Positions 9,578 through 19,097 of a DNA stretch of 64,000 bases are shown one piece after another. This stretch comes from Halobacteriovoraceae bacterium (GTDB taxonomy: Bacteria; Bdellovibrionota; Bacteriovoracia; Bacteriovoracales; Bacteriovoracaceae): NCBI GenBank assembly GCA_963719505.1, contig CAVRCF010000001.1, forward strand, positions 288,001 to 352,000, written 5' to 3'. Each line of letters starts with the position of its first letter. Position 1 is the first letter of the stretch. The notes below the pieces were generated by a model, which was not told where the DNA came from, made no database searches, and worked only from the letters and a program-made list of their open reading frames with translations. The position numbers and the translations under genes were made by a program.

Positions 9578-10966
9578 ATGTCTATTAGTGTATTTGATAT
9601 TTACTCCATCGGAATCGGCCCTTCAAGCTCTCACACAGTGGGACCTATGAAAGCTGCCTTTGATTTTTTACAGAGCCTCTCTCAAGAAGAACTTGAAAAA
9701 GTAAAGACGATCAAGGCTGACCTCTATGGCTCTTTAGCTTTAACAGGAAAAGGACACGGAACTGACAAAGCTATTATCTTGGGTTTCATGGGTTATATTC
9801 CAGAGACTATTGATTCAAACAAAACAGAAGACTATATAGCAAGTTGCAAAAAAGATAAAATAATTTTAGTTCAAGCTTTTAATAAAGAGTACAAGATCGC
9901 CTTTAAAGTCAGAGATGATATAAAATTTCACAGACGTGTCTCTTTGCCTTTTCATCCAAATGGGATGGCGTTTGCGGTTTTCGCTTCTGATAACTCACAA
10001 ATTAAAAAGGAAGTTTACTACTCAATTGGTGGTGGATTCATTCTTACAGAAGATGAAGCAAAGATGAGTACAACTACTCAACAGCACACAGAAAAAGTTG
10101 AATTTCCATTTAACTCTGCTGACGAGCTTTTAAAAATTTGTAAAAAGAATAACCTCACTATTCCACAACTTATGATGAGAAATGAACTAACCTGGAGAAA
10201 AGAGGAAGATGTAAAAGAAGGAATCTTAAAATTTTGGAATATCATGGAGGCATGTGTTCAACGTGGCTTTATGAACGAAGGTATACTGCCTGGCGGACTC
10301 AAAGTAAAAAGAAGAGCACCTGCTGTCTATCAAAGCCTAATAACGAACCCAGAAAAAAATCTCTCAGATGTTTTATCCACCATGGACTGGGTTAACCTTT
10401 ATGCTCTTTCGGTAAACGAAGAAAATGCAGCGGGTGGGCAGGTCGTAACCGCTCCCACAAATGGAGCGGCAGGAATAATTCCAGCAGTTCTCCACTACTA
10501 CGTTCGGTTTTCTAACAAATATACTGAACAAGGAGTCATAGACTTTCTTTTAACGGCAGGTGCGATTGCGATGCTTTATAAAAAGAATGCTTCTATAAGT
10601 GGAGCCGAGGTTGGGTGCCAAGGTGAAGTTGGTGTCGCCTGCTCAATGGCTGCAGGAGCTCTCACCCAAGTCCTTGGAGGAACTATTGATCAAGTTGAGA
10701 ATGCTGCTGAAATAGCAATGGAGCACAATCTAGGTCTTACCTGTGACCCCATCGGAGGACTCGTTCAAATTCCTTGTATAGAGAGAAATGCAATGGGTGC
10801 TATAAAAGCTATAAACGCCACAAGAATTGCACTCAAAGGCGATGGAACTCATTTTGTTTCACTGGACAAAGTGATAAGAACGATGAAAAAAACCGGCATG
10901 GATATGAAGAAACATTATAAAGAAACAAGCAAAGGTGGATTAGCAGTCAATATCACGGAGTGCTAA
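9578..10966 (+). CDS. sdaA: L-serine ammonia-lyase (Fe-S dependent)
   Basis: [27 protein letters not shown] and [20 protein letters not shown]. Confidence 0.97.
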   Translation: MSISVFDIYSIGIGPSSSHTVGPMKAAFDFLQSLSQEELEKVKTIKADLYGSLALTGKGHGTDKAIILGFMGYIPETIDSNKTEDYIASCKKDKIILVQAFNKEYKIAFKVRDDIKFHRRVSLPFHPNGMAFAVFASDNSQIKKEVYYSIGGGFILTEDEAKMSTTTQQHTEKVEFPFNSADELLKICKKNNLTIPQLMMRNELTWRKEEDVKEGILKFWNIMEACVQRGFMNEGILPGGLKVKRRAPAVYQSLITNPEKNLSDVLSTMDWVNLYALSVNEENAAGGQVVTAPTNGAAGIIPAVLHYYVRFSNKYTEQGVIDFLLTAGAIAMLYKKNASISGAEVGCQGEVGVACSMAAGALTQVLGGTIDQVENAAEIAMEHNLGLTCDPIGGLVQIPCIERNAMGAIKAINATRIALKGDGTHFVSLDKVIRTMKKTGMDMKKHYKETSKGGLAVNITEC

Positions 10967-11151
10967 ACGTATTGTGAAATAACCCTAAGACATATGTAAC
11001 AAACTAAAATTCCAAAAAGACTATAACCTATCTTTGACCAAATCCCCATATCAGGGCTAGGAGTTAAAATCTTTGGAAAGACTCCCCTTCTGGCAAGGAA
11101 GACAAATGCAATATAGAGAATGATCGTAATAGCAAAAAATAGTAATTTCAT
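10963..11151 (-). CDS. Small two-TM membrane protein
   Basis: 62 aa with two hydrophobic segments; last gene of the minus-strand run 13005-10963. Confidence 0.55.
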   Translation of the reverse strand: MKLLFFAITIILYIAFVFLARRGVFPKILTPSPDMGIWSKIGYSLFGILVCYICLRVISQYV

Positions 11152-11158
11152 AGATCTA

Positions 11159-11761
11159 TTATGACTTTACTTTCACCCAGTGTCTATTATCGACTTGAAT
11201 AATTCTTCCTTCTCCACCAAAATGTTCTGAAGTTTCTGGCTTTTTATAAATAGCCACAATTCTTTCGGGAAAGTCCCTCTTCTCTTCGAGAGTTATCTCT
11301 GTTAGATCACCGTTTTCGTTATTTGTCAGTGGCGTCCCTGAAGGATATTTTTTATCAACGTAAGCTAAAACCCAACCGGAAACGGCGATGGGAACTTCTC
11401 TTTCAAAACGCCCACTTCCTACGACCATGCCAAAGGTATCGGAGGCAATTCCTATCACACTGAGCTGGCAACGAGAAGAACAGATTTCAGCCCCCTCATA
11501 AGTATCCACATAACACTTACCTGGAATGAGTTCTCCTTTAAGTTGTTGGAAATCTGCATAGTCATTCCAAAGAGCATTCCAGACACCATCTTGAACATGG
11601 AGTTGGGCTGTCCCAGCTGCATTCCAGATACCGAGGTGGTTTCCCGTATCAGATGGGGACCAGTTTCCCGTTCCAGCGGTATAAGTCCCCTTCTCGATCG
11701 CTATCTCTGAGGCACCAGTACCAAAAGTTATCTTATTTAATTTATCAGATAAAATACCCAT
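11159..11761 (-). CDS. Phage tail-fibre-like protein with a peptidase G2-type intramolecular chaperone domain
   Basis: NALWNDYADF followed by VIGIASDTFG...VPIAVSGWVLAYV...GTPL resembles the DYAE-initiated autocleaving chaperone of phi29 gp12-type fibres. Recognised by eye. Confidence 0.6.
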   Translation of the reverse strand: MGILSDKLNKITFGTGASEIAIEKGTYTAGTGNWSPSDTGNHLGIWNAAGTAQLHVQDGVWNALWNDYADFQQLKGELIPGKCYVDTYEGAEICSSRCQLSVIGIASDTFGMVVGSGRFEREVPIAVSGWVLAYVDKKYPSGTPLTNNENGDLTEITLEEKRDFPERIVAIYKKPETSEHFGGEGRIIQVDNRHWVKVKS

Positions 11762-11763
11762 AT

Positions 11764-12990
11764 CTATTTCTCCGCCTTTTTCTCAAGTTCAAGAAGTCTT
11801 TTTTCAAGATCATCTTGTCTTTTATTAAGCTCTTTAATCTGAGTGGACTTTGATTGATTTTCTTTATCTACTTCTTTTAAAGCCTGAAGTAAGACCGCAG
11901 TCAACTGAGGGTACTTCACTACCAGGTAACCATCACTGGCAATACTTACCAGAGATGGAAACTGCTTTTTTATCTCTTGGGCAATAACACCAATATCATC
12001 TTGATCATTTGATCTCCATTTATAAGAGACACCTCGAAGCTTCTTAACCTTAGCAAGAACACCTTTTAAAGTGTGAACATCCCACTTCAAACGTCTGTCT
12101 GACTTAAGCTCCACAGTGTGTGTGTCCTCGATGACTAAGTCGCCATCAATTGTTGTTCCCCCAAATATATTTGTCACTCCATTAATGGTCGTCTGTCCAT
12201 TGACAGCAAAGGTGCCGTCTATTTGAACGGGACCATATAATTCAGCCCCCGTATTATTTGTTGGTGGAGGAAGAACAGGAGTTATAAAAGGCTTCGATAA
12301 GACAGCTCGCCCATTGGGAGCCAAGTCATAGCAGTCACCACCACCATCTCTTCCCGAAGGCAGGAAGGTTCCACCAATACTTTTACATACGTAATCTGCA
12401 ATTGTAGGAAGACTATTACCAGTTGCAGCTGTTGAACACTCAACAATAACGGGATCACCTGAGCCATCATCAATCGTTCTTACATTTAAAAGAATCTTTT
12501 TTGTAATTTCCTTAGCTCCAAAGACATCATCAGTTCTATCGAGGGTGACTTCGAAGTGTGTCCTACCTGTATCACCGGCATTAATATTGGCTGCTGGTGC
12601 CACAGAAGAATCAAGGGCAAAGCTTAAAATTTTCACTCTTGTACTGCCAATCATAGAGGTTGTACCAGCTGTAAAAACTGGTGTTCCATCAGCATTTAAG
12701 ATTTCTGTGATTACTCCCGCTGGAACATTATTTGGGTTGTGAACACCTGATGTTGGAATACTCGCGGGTAAAATTGGACCAAAAGTTTGTCGACAAGCTT
12801 CTTTGTCTCCAAGGACACTTCTAATATTATTGATGATCTCTATTGAATCAAATTTAACTTCTGTGGTTTTGGCACTTTTATTTTGAGTTTCTGACATCTT
12901 CATCATTGCAAGTTGGGCAATTGCCATAATTGCAAGGCTAATCATAACTTGAACAAGTGAAATCCCGGCCTGTGAGAGCTCTTTTTTCAT
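11764..12990 (-). CDS. Type IV prepilin-like protein fused to a C-terminal peptidase S74 tail-fibre chaperone
   Basis: N-terminus MKKELSQAG|ISLVQVMISLAIMAIA is a class III signal. C-terminus SDRRLKWDV...LRGVSYKW...IGVIAQE...FPSLV...VKYPQLTAVLLQALKE plus a coiled coil is a canonical S74 domain. Confidence 0.85.
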   Translation of the reverse strand: MKKELSQAGISLVQVMISLAIMAIAQLAMMKMSETQNKSAKTTEVKFDSIEIINNIRSVLGDKEACRQTFGPILPASIPTSGVHNPNNVPAGVITEILNADGTPVFTAGTTSMIGSTRVKILSFALDSSVAPAANINAGDTGRTHFEVTLDRTDDVFGAKEITKKILLNVRTIDDGSGDPVIVECSTAATGNSLPTIADYVCKSIGGTFLPSGRDGGGDCYDLAPNGRAVLSKPFITPVLPPPTNNTGAELYGPVQIDGTFAVNGQTTINGVTNIFGGTTIDGDLVIEDTHTVELKSDRRLKWDVHTLKGVLAKVKKLRGVSYKWRSNDQDDIGVIAQEIKKQFPSLVSIASDGYLVVKYPQLTAVLLQALKEVDKENQSKSTQIKELNKRQDDLEKRLLELEKKAEK

Positions 12991-13029
12991 AGTTTTAAAC
13001 CTCAATTAATTTTATGGTACAATAATAAC

Positions 13030-13368
13030 ATGGATCATTATAGAAGAAAGTTTTTATTTAAGTCGTTGGTTTTATTAGTAACGCCGACGTTGGCATTTTC
13101 CAAAAAGAAAAAACCTCGCCCAATAAAAGGCTCACTTTTAGAGACTGAAAACATAGTTTCTGACTCAGGCATTTACACATTTCCGTCAAATCCTACTACC
13201 AATCAGGTGGTTCACATAAAAATTGAAAATATTCAAAACAGTAAATTTGCAAAGATTAAGTATCAAGGTGTTCCTATTCTCAACGAAAGAGAAGACTTAG
13301 AACTGGATACCCTCTCAATAGTAAAGTTTGTCTACAAAGACAAAAACCAAGGATGGGTTCTTGCATAA
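13030..13368 (+). CDS. Putative Tat-exported small protein resembling a phage tail-fibre repeat domain
   Basis: YRRKFL twin-arginine motif with a hydrophobic stretch and AFS; the mature part (TFPSNPTTNQVVHI...EDLELDT...KFVYKDKNQGWVL) resembles the TLP..P..GD...DL.LD...LVY....GW fibre repeats. Confidence 0.55.
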   Translation: MDHYRRKFLFKSLVLLVTPTLAFSKKKKPRPIKGSLLETENIVSDSGIYTFPSNPTTNQVVHIKIENIQNSKFAKIKYQGVPILNEREDLELDTLSIVKFVYKDKNQGWVLA

Positions 13369-14895
13369 TTAATTGAGATAGTTTTCTTCAATTAATTCTT
13401 TGAGACTCTTTAATTCTTCATACTGGTTTTCTAAAAGAGTAGAGAAAAATTGCTTTTCTTCTTGAGTATAGAAGTCTTGATCTTGGATAGTCTCTAAAAC
13501 CTTAGGTCGATCTATATCGTTTATAAACTCTAACGCACAAAGAAGAGTACCTCTCTCTTTCAAAAATATGAAGAGCTCCATAACGCTCTGGCATCGATTT
13601 CGAGTGTTACTTATCAAAACTCCACTTCCAAAGTTATTCTCAATAAGCACATCACAACACAGTTCAATCTTTCCCTCTTTATTCCTCTGTCCATTATCAA
13701 AGACTATTCTTATGGACTGTGCATCTCGAAATGAGTTCGCAATCAGATGATCAAAAAGAAGCATTTTTGTGAAAAACGTTGACTCATTCCTTTCAACATA
13801 AAGGTTTAATTCATCAAGAAGAATGTCCATGCTCTTTTCTTGTTTTTCAATTCTGTTTTCACTGAGATAGGCCAGAGGGTCCATCTTATAGATTCTGTCT
13901 ATCCCTCGAATATCATCCGTTAATAAAAATAAAGTCTCATTAAATTTAACCAATTCACTCTTTTGAGTTATAAGACCAAGTTGTGTGGCAATTAAACTTC
14001 CTAAATGTTGGCATTTTATATATTCAATCTTTTGAGTAAAGTCCCTAAAAGGTGTACCAATTTTTTTCAAATGATAGACTCTGTTTGAGGTAGACTCTAC
14101 GACTTGTATATAATCTGTTTCAGCATCAATAGTGTTCTTGAAAAGGGGGGGAATACGAACATAATCTTTCTCTTGTATTCTAATAACAGCTGGAAATTCA
14201 TCATGATAATTTCCAGTTATTGCTTTATGTTTTGGTAGGTTAAGTTTACAGTCCTGATAGTACTCAAGCCATAACTGCGCAAAACGAGGCTCTACCCGAT
14301 TCGTTAGACAAATTCCATTTGTGTAGTGAATACCTACAGGTGGCTCTAGTTGGTTTTGTTCGCCAACAAGATAATTCCAGTTTTTAGGAAGACATCCAAT
14401 ACTTTCAAGGCTTGGAAGCCAAACGAATTGGTGGAGATCTAAACCACTTGCTTCATTAATATATTTAGGGGTTAGACTTTTGCATTCTCCGCAGTTGAAA
14501 AGCATGAGGCTTGACCAATTTTTAAATTGATAATCTTCCTGTAAACAAGCATCTTTTTTCACTTTCTGAAGTGGGACATAGTCGTGCTTACAGACCATTA
14601 AGCTGAATTTTTCATCAGCGAAATCAAAGATTTTAGTTATATCTTGCGTGAAGATAAAGTCACAGTCGCAATAAAGACTCCAACCTTCATAATTTGACAG
14701 GTATGGGACCAAAAAGCGAGTTAATGAAAAATCCGAGGATTCATGCTTCGTCTTTGGTCTAGAATATTCAGGCAACTGTTTCTTCAAAATTGGTGTGATA
14801 GACAACGGTTCTTTTGAGTTTTGAAGAAGGCTCTGTATCAAAGCATGTAATGCTGGTGCTTCAGATTCATCATACCCTATAAAAATTTTTTTCAT
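13369..14895 (-). CDS. GT-A (GT8-like) glycosyltransferase fused to a HipA/PI3-4-kinase-like C-terminal domain
   Basis: KIFIGYD, FSLTRFLVPYL, DCD (DxD), KNWSSLMLFN, WNYLVG and HYT in the N-terminal ~225 aa; LLFDHLIANSFRD in the C-terminal half resembles HipA-like FD..I.N.DR. Confidence 0.7.
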   Translation of the reverse strand: MKKIFIGYDESEAPALHALIQSLLQNSKEPLSITPILKKQLPEYSRPKTKHESSDFSLTRFLVPYLSNYEGWSLYCDCDFIFTQDITKIFDFADEKFSLMVCKHDYVPLQKVKKDACLQEDYQFKNWSSLMLFNCGECKSLTPKYINEASGLDLHQFVWLPSLESIGCLPKNWNYLVGEQNQLEPPVGIHYTNGICLTNRVEPRFAQLWLEYYQDCKLNLPKHKAITGNYHDEFPAVIRIQEKDYVRIPPLFKNTIDAETDYIQVVESTSNRVYHLKKIGTPFRDFTQKIEYIKCQHLGSLIATQLGLITQKSELVKFNETLFLLTDDIRGIDRIYKMDPLAYLSENRIEKQEKSMDILLDELNLYVERNESTFFTKMLLFDHLIANSFRDAQSIRIVFDNGQRNKEGKIELCCDVLIENNFGSGVLISNTRNRCQSVMELFIFLKERGTLLCALEFINDIDRPKVLETIQDQDFYTQEEKQFFSTLLENQYEELKSLKELIEENYLN

Positions 14896-14908
14896 CCTTC
14901 CCTCCATC

Positions 14909-15829
14909 TCAAAGCACTGTATTGTCTATAAGATTTCGATAGCCATTACATGAATAATCAACAGATTTTACCTCCCGGTAATGCTCTGTTAAGCAGTGAC
15001 CCAAGTAATCACAATTCGAACAAAATTGATTAGAACGCACACGATTTTTTTCTTTTTCACACCAAGTTTCATAGTCTTTAAATTTATCTAACTCTAAAAA
15101 GAATTCTTTATCTGAATTATCAAATTCTAAAACTGCGAATTTTCCTCTGGGTGTAATATAAATATGATTATCAGAAAAAGAATTATTAGCTTTTTGTTTA
15201 GCCTGACGAATTAAATCTAAATTTACAAACTGAAAGTTCTTTTTTACTGGGCACTCAATCCACTTTGTGACAAATTTTTCAAATTCTAAATCGCTTACAC
15301 TGAAAGCATTGGCTTGATTAGTAGAATAAGGTTTTATTTCAACTGAGCTGATATTTCCTATGGAGTTAAAGGTTCGAATCATTTGCTCAACATCCTTTTG
15401 TATGAGCTTCTCTGAGGCCAGCATAAGAATAGATACATTTTTGTCGAGACTCAAAATATTTGAAAGAACTTTTTCGGATTTCTCCCTTGCATCAAAGTCA
15501 AACGAAACCGAGAGGCTAACATGCTTGTTTAGAAAAAATGGATTTATGATTGAGAGATTTGTAATAATATTAACGGCAGGGTCTCCAAACTCCAATAAAA
15601 TGTTATCAATTTTCTGAAGATACTCATTTTTTAACAAGGCAATTTCACCGCCGTATAGATCAACTTGTTCTATCTCATAGCCTGCACTTACAATCTCATG
15701 AAACATTCCTGAGAGTAAATTTATATCAAGCTTTTCTTTATCTGCTAGCTCGCTTGTGGTCAAGTAACAGAACTCACAACGAAAATTACACAAATAAGTA
15801 GGATTAAGAGAGACAAAAATTTTCTTCAT
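14909..15829 (-). CDS. Radical SAM enzyme #1 with a C-terminal Cys-rich auxiliary-cluster motif
   Basis: CNFRCEFC (CxxxCxxC), YGGE, and C-terminal CSNCDYLGHC...C; start taken at MKKIFVS. Confidence 0.93.
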   Translation of the reverse strand: MKKIFVSLNPTYLCNFRCEFCYLTTSELADKEKLDINLLSGMFHEIVSAGYEIEQVDLYGGEIALLKNEYLQKIDNILLEFGDPAVNIITNLSIINPFFLNKHVSLSVSFDFDAREKSEKVLSNILSLDKNVSILMLASEKLIQKDVEQMIRTFNSIGNISSVEIKPYSTNQANAFSVSDLEFEKFVTKWIECPVKKNFQFVNLDLIRQAKQKANNSFSDNHIYITPRGKFAVLEFDNSDKEFFLELDKFKDYETWCEKEKNRVRSNQFCSNCDYLGHCLTEHYREVKSVDYSCNGYRNLIDNTVL

Positions 15830-16829
15830 TACTCTCTCTTTGTGCAAGTTTTAATATTTGTGGCTCTAAGGTTTTCATAAGTGAACAGTGCTGTTCGACC
15901 ATATTGTGATTTTTGTGATCACTGATTGTCTTTTTACATCCGTTACAGATATCAAACATTGGGCAGCTTAGGCACTCATTTTTCATACTAAAAATACTTG
16001 GTTCATTTTTAAGGGGCGTGACGAGGTCTCCGCTCATTTCATTTTCAAAGTCAATAGAATACTCTTTATCGTCCCCGAAGGCGCCACAACTATAGTAGTC
16101 CCCGTCCGGTTGCAGGCACCTAATACCAGAGTCACAACTTCTATTTCTTGGACAAACTGTTTTTTTATTTTTGACTGTTTTCATTAACTCTTTACTATTG
16201 AATTCCCAATTAAATAAATTTAAATCTATAATCTCAAGGTATGTTTTATATATTTTCGAAAGTTGATAAGGTTTAGACTCTCTTCCACTAGCCATTGAGT
16301 AATTTAATTTGCACTCAATATTTAAACTCTTAGCCAGTCTTACATTATTAATGGCAAGGTGTTCATCCTCATCCGTAACAACACTTATAAAGTCAGGGTA
16401 GTAGCCAAGATAAGATTTAAATTTTTTCATAACATCGAGAAAAATTTCTTCAGTATAGATTTTTTTCTTACTAATCCTCCTCCCATTTCCGTAGTTAAAG
16501 GATGTAGCAATATTCACTCTTGGGTGACGAAAGAGATCTATCCATTTTTCAGGTTTTTTATAAAAGTCCCACAAGTTACTGGTAAAACTTATAGACGTTC
16601 TCATTTCTTTTTTATCTAAAAAATTGATAATCTTCCAATAATAGTCAGGGGAAACCATAAGCGGCTCTCCTCCGTTAACTATAATGGTATTGGTTTGCGG
16701 AAACCGATCTAAAAACTGATTTATTCTGCTTAAATCAAGTAAAGTTTTTTTGTCCTCGGCCAGCGTCGGTGAGCTACAAAAGGTGCAGGCAAAATCACAA
16801 ATGTCGGTTGGCTTTATAATTAAATCCAT
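15804..16829 (-). CDS. Radical SAM enzyme #2 with a SPASM-like domain
   Basis: IKPTDICDFACTFC, GGEPL, and CPRNRSC...YYSCG...CLSCPMFDICNGC...C. Confidence 0.95.
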   Translation of the reverse strand: MDLIIKPTDICDFACTFCSSPTLAEDKKTLLDLSRINQFLDRFPQTNTIIVNGGEPLMVSPDYYWKIINFLDKKEMRTSISFTSNLWDFYKKPEKWIDLFRHPRVNIATSFNYGNGRRISKKKIYTEEIFLDVMKKFKSYLGYYPDFISVVTDEDEHLAINNVRLAKSLNIECKLNYSMASGRESKPYQLSKIYKTYLEIIDLNLFNWEFNSKELMKTVKNKKTVCPRNRSCDSGIRCLQPDGDYYSCGAFGDDKEYSIDFENEMSGDLVTPLKNEPSIFSMKNECLSCPMFDICNGCKKTISDHKNHNMVEQHCSLMKTLEPQILKLAQRESNEENFCLS

Positions 16830-16833
16830 AGCA

Positions 16834-17451
16834 TTACTCTACTTTTATTTTAATATCAATTCCAATGGATATTCTATCAGTTCTTGACGCAAGTGGGTGA
16901 ACCCAGTGATTTAGATAGGATGGAAAGATTAATAGCATTCTCTCCTCTGGCTTTATATTTACTTTCTCCATATTCCCAAAAGGAAGAGACATCCCCATGC
17001 CGGGAACTGGATTAAGGAATTCTATGGTCCCACCTATCCCCTTTGTTTGTGGAATTTGGCAGAAATATGTACAAGTAAAAGTTGATTGGGGATGAACATG
17101 AGGCACAACATAGTCTCTATCTTTTTGTACAAGGGCCCATCCTGTCTTTTTTATCTCAGTATTATTTACCATCGAATCATCGATCACTGGGTCTTCATGA
17201 GCTGAGAATTCATCTTCCTTTGTCCAAAAAGAGTAGAGTACATTAAAGTGCTCATTAATGATTGCATTAAGTTTTTCTATACACTTTGGTGGTTTAACAA
17301 GAAGATCGTGTTTTGAGATCCAAGCTTTAGACTTATCCTTCGACTCAAGAGCCTCTTTCATCAAAAGGTACTCCTTAATCTCTTCGTTTAAATAAGCTGG
17401 CACAATCTCTTTTTCAATAAGAATAGCAGTCGGAAAAAAAGTTTTAATCAT
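16834..17451 (-). CDS. Putative Fe(II)/2-oxoglutarate oxygenase, TIGR02466-like
   Basis: FPTAI, W...PHVHP, GGTIEF.NP and LLIFPSYLNHWV.P...RISI. Confidence 0.8.
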   Translation of the reverse strand: MIKTFFPTAILIEKEIVPAYLNEEIKEYLLMKEALESKDKSKAWISKHDLLVKPPKCIEKLNAIINEHFNVLYSFWTKEDEFSAHEDPVIDDSMVNNTEIKKTGWALVQKDRDYVVPHVHPQSTFTCTYFCQIPQTKGIGGTIEFLNPVPGMGMSLPFGNMEKVNIKPEERMLLIFPSYLNHWVHPLASRTDRISIGIDIKIKVE

Positions 17452-17452
17452 C

Positions 17453-18478
17453 TCAAGTGACCTCGTTATAAAATTCTTTCAGAAAACAATCTACCGTATT
17501 CCTCTGCCTAGAGGCAAAGTCAGCTGCTACGAAGCAATACAATCCACATCGGTCTAGGTTTTCACAAGATAAGCAACCTTGTGAACTTAGGAACCGTTCA
17601 GCCATCTCACCAACTGTATCTTTATTTGGTAAACCAAGGAAACTCTTAGGGTTGTAATCTAGATACTGACAATTAGAGATAGAGTTGTCAGCAGCGATTA
17701 ATATCCTATTTTCTGAACAGCATTGAATATCATTCGTCTCGTTTTCTAAATATCCTTTTATAGGGTGAGATTCAGGATAATATTTTGCCAGATAAAGTAG
17801 GGCTTGCTTACAGTCTAAATCGCTTGGATGAAAAATATTACTATTTTTTAAGTCCGGAACATACCAATCAAAATTAACCGGAAAGTTTTCATAACAATAG
17901 TCAAAAAGGTGATCCCTTTTTTTGAGCATCGATTGAATCGATAATTTGTGAAGTGTTACAGATATTGAGGCTATATAGTCTGAAAAAATATCTAAGTTAT
18001 CTCGAAAAACAGCTTTTTGTCTTTCGTCCCAACTCCTACCTGCAAAGTCAAAAGATGTTTGCAAGGTTATATTAATTTTATGTTCTCGAAATCCATCGAG
18101 GAACGCAAGAACCCTATCTGTTTTTTCGAATATTAAATTCGATGTGAAACTAAATACAACTTTTTTATTTTCTAGTAATGAATTTATTTTAAAAACAAAT
18201 CTTTTATATTCATTGAACCAACTGTCACCATACTGGTCTTGAAAAAGCTCTCCCCCCATCAAGTTAACAGAAAAACTGTCCCAAGCGTTTCTCTTTTTTG
18301 CTATGAATCTTTCAACAAGTAGATATTTTTCATCAATCGTTACTCCTTCAACCCCTTTCATGCTGTGGTCTTGACAACAGAAAGAGCATGAAAGATTACA
18401 GTCTTCAAACAAGTGAATTTCTATCTCAATTGTACTTGAGTGTTTCTTTGATAGAATTTTATTTGTTACATATGACAT
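17453..18478 (-). CDS. Radical SAM enzyme #3, paralog of #4
   Basis: LFEDCNLSCSFCCQDH, NLMGGELF, TSFDFAGR and CLSCENLDRCGLYCF...C; start taken at MSYVTNK. Confidence 0.93.
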   Translation of the reverse strand: MSYVTNKILSKKHSSTIEIEIHLFEDCNLSCSFCCQDHSMKGVEGVTIDEKYLLVERFIAKKRNAWDSFSVNLMGGELFQDQYGDSWFNEYKRFVFKINSLLENKKVVFSFTSNLIFEKTDRVLAFLDGFREHKINITLQTSFDFAGRSWDERQKAVFRDNLDIFSDYIASISVTLHKLSIQSMLKKRDHLFDYCYENFPVNFDWYVPDLKNSNIFHPSDLDCKQALLYLAKYYPESHPIKGYLENETNDIQCCSENRILIAADNSISNCQYLDYNPKSFLGLPNKDTVGEMAERFLSSQGCLSCENLDRCGLYCFVAADFASRQRNTVDCFLKEFYNEVT

Positions 18479-18479
18479 A

Positions 18480-18998
18480 TTATTTTTCCAACTCAGGTGC
18501 AAAGAAGTCAAAGCTCAATAATCTTCTCTCCTGACTTGTCGCAACAACTCGATGTTCAAAGTTTTTCGACTGATTTAAGAGAACTAACATTTCTGGCTTT
18601 GGATAAACCTCACAAAAAGTGTCAAGACTTCTCACTTGCAAAGATCCGCCGCTATCTTTGTCCATATCATCTAAATAGAAAAGGCATGTTAAGTTAAACT
18701 TTTTGCTTTTTAAGTAATCGTTATGCCAGTTGTGTGAGTTTTGATCAATGCCTTTCCAAAGGCCAAAAGAATGGGGCTTTATATCCTTGAAATGTAATTT
18801 TAAATAGTTATCAAGTAAATAATCTTGAACTTTTTCAAGGCCAGATCTTTCAAGAGCACTTATATTTTTCTGAGAAAAACTTTCGCGTGCATTTGTAAAG
18901 ACACAACTTTTTAAATCGATCAATTGTGAAATTGAACTATCTTGAGCACAGTAGAGTCCCTCTATAATAAATTGGTTAAAATTTTCTATAAAGTTCAT
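18480..18998 (-). CDS. Fe(II)/2-oxoglutarate oxygenase, prolyl-hydroxylase-like
   Basis: WHND (HxD), LFYLDD...GGSL and FEHRV...RRLLSF. Confidence 0.85.
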   Translation of the reverse strand: MNFIENFNQFIIEGLYCAQDSSISQLIDLKSCVFTNARESFSQKNISALERSGLEKVQDYLLDNYLKLHFKDIKPHSFGLWKGIDQNSHNWHNDYLKSKKFNLTCLFYLDDMDKDSGGSLQVRSLDTFCEVYPKPEMLVLLNQSKNFEHRVVATSQERRLLSFDFFAPELEK

Positions 18999-19020
18999 AA
19001 ATCCGCATCAATCCTTTTAC

Positions 19021-19048
19021 TTGTAAATGCTGTTATCTTGCCTATAAT
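19021..19048 (+). promoter_or_regulatory. Putative sigma-70 promoter for the Cys-His repeat gene
   Basis: TTGTAA-N16-TATAAT in the divergent intergenic region. Confidence 0.45.
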
Positions 19049-19097
19049 AATAGTATTAACCAGTTCTTAATGTAAATAAAAGTAAGGAATGAACCAT

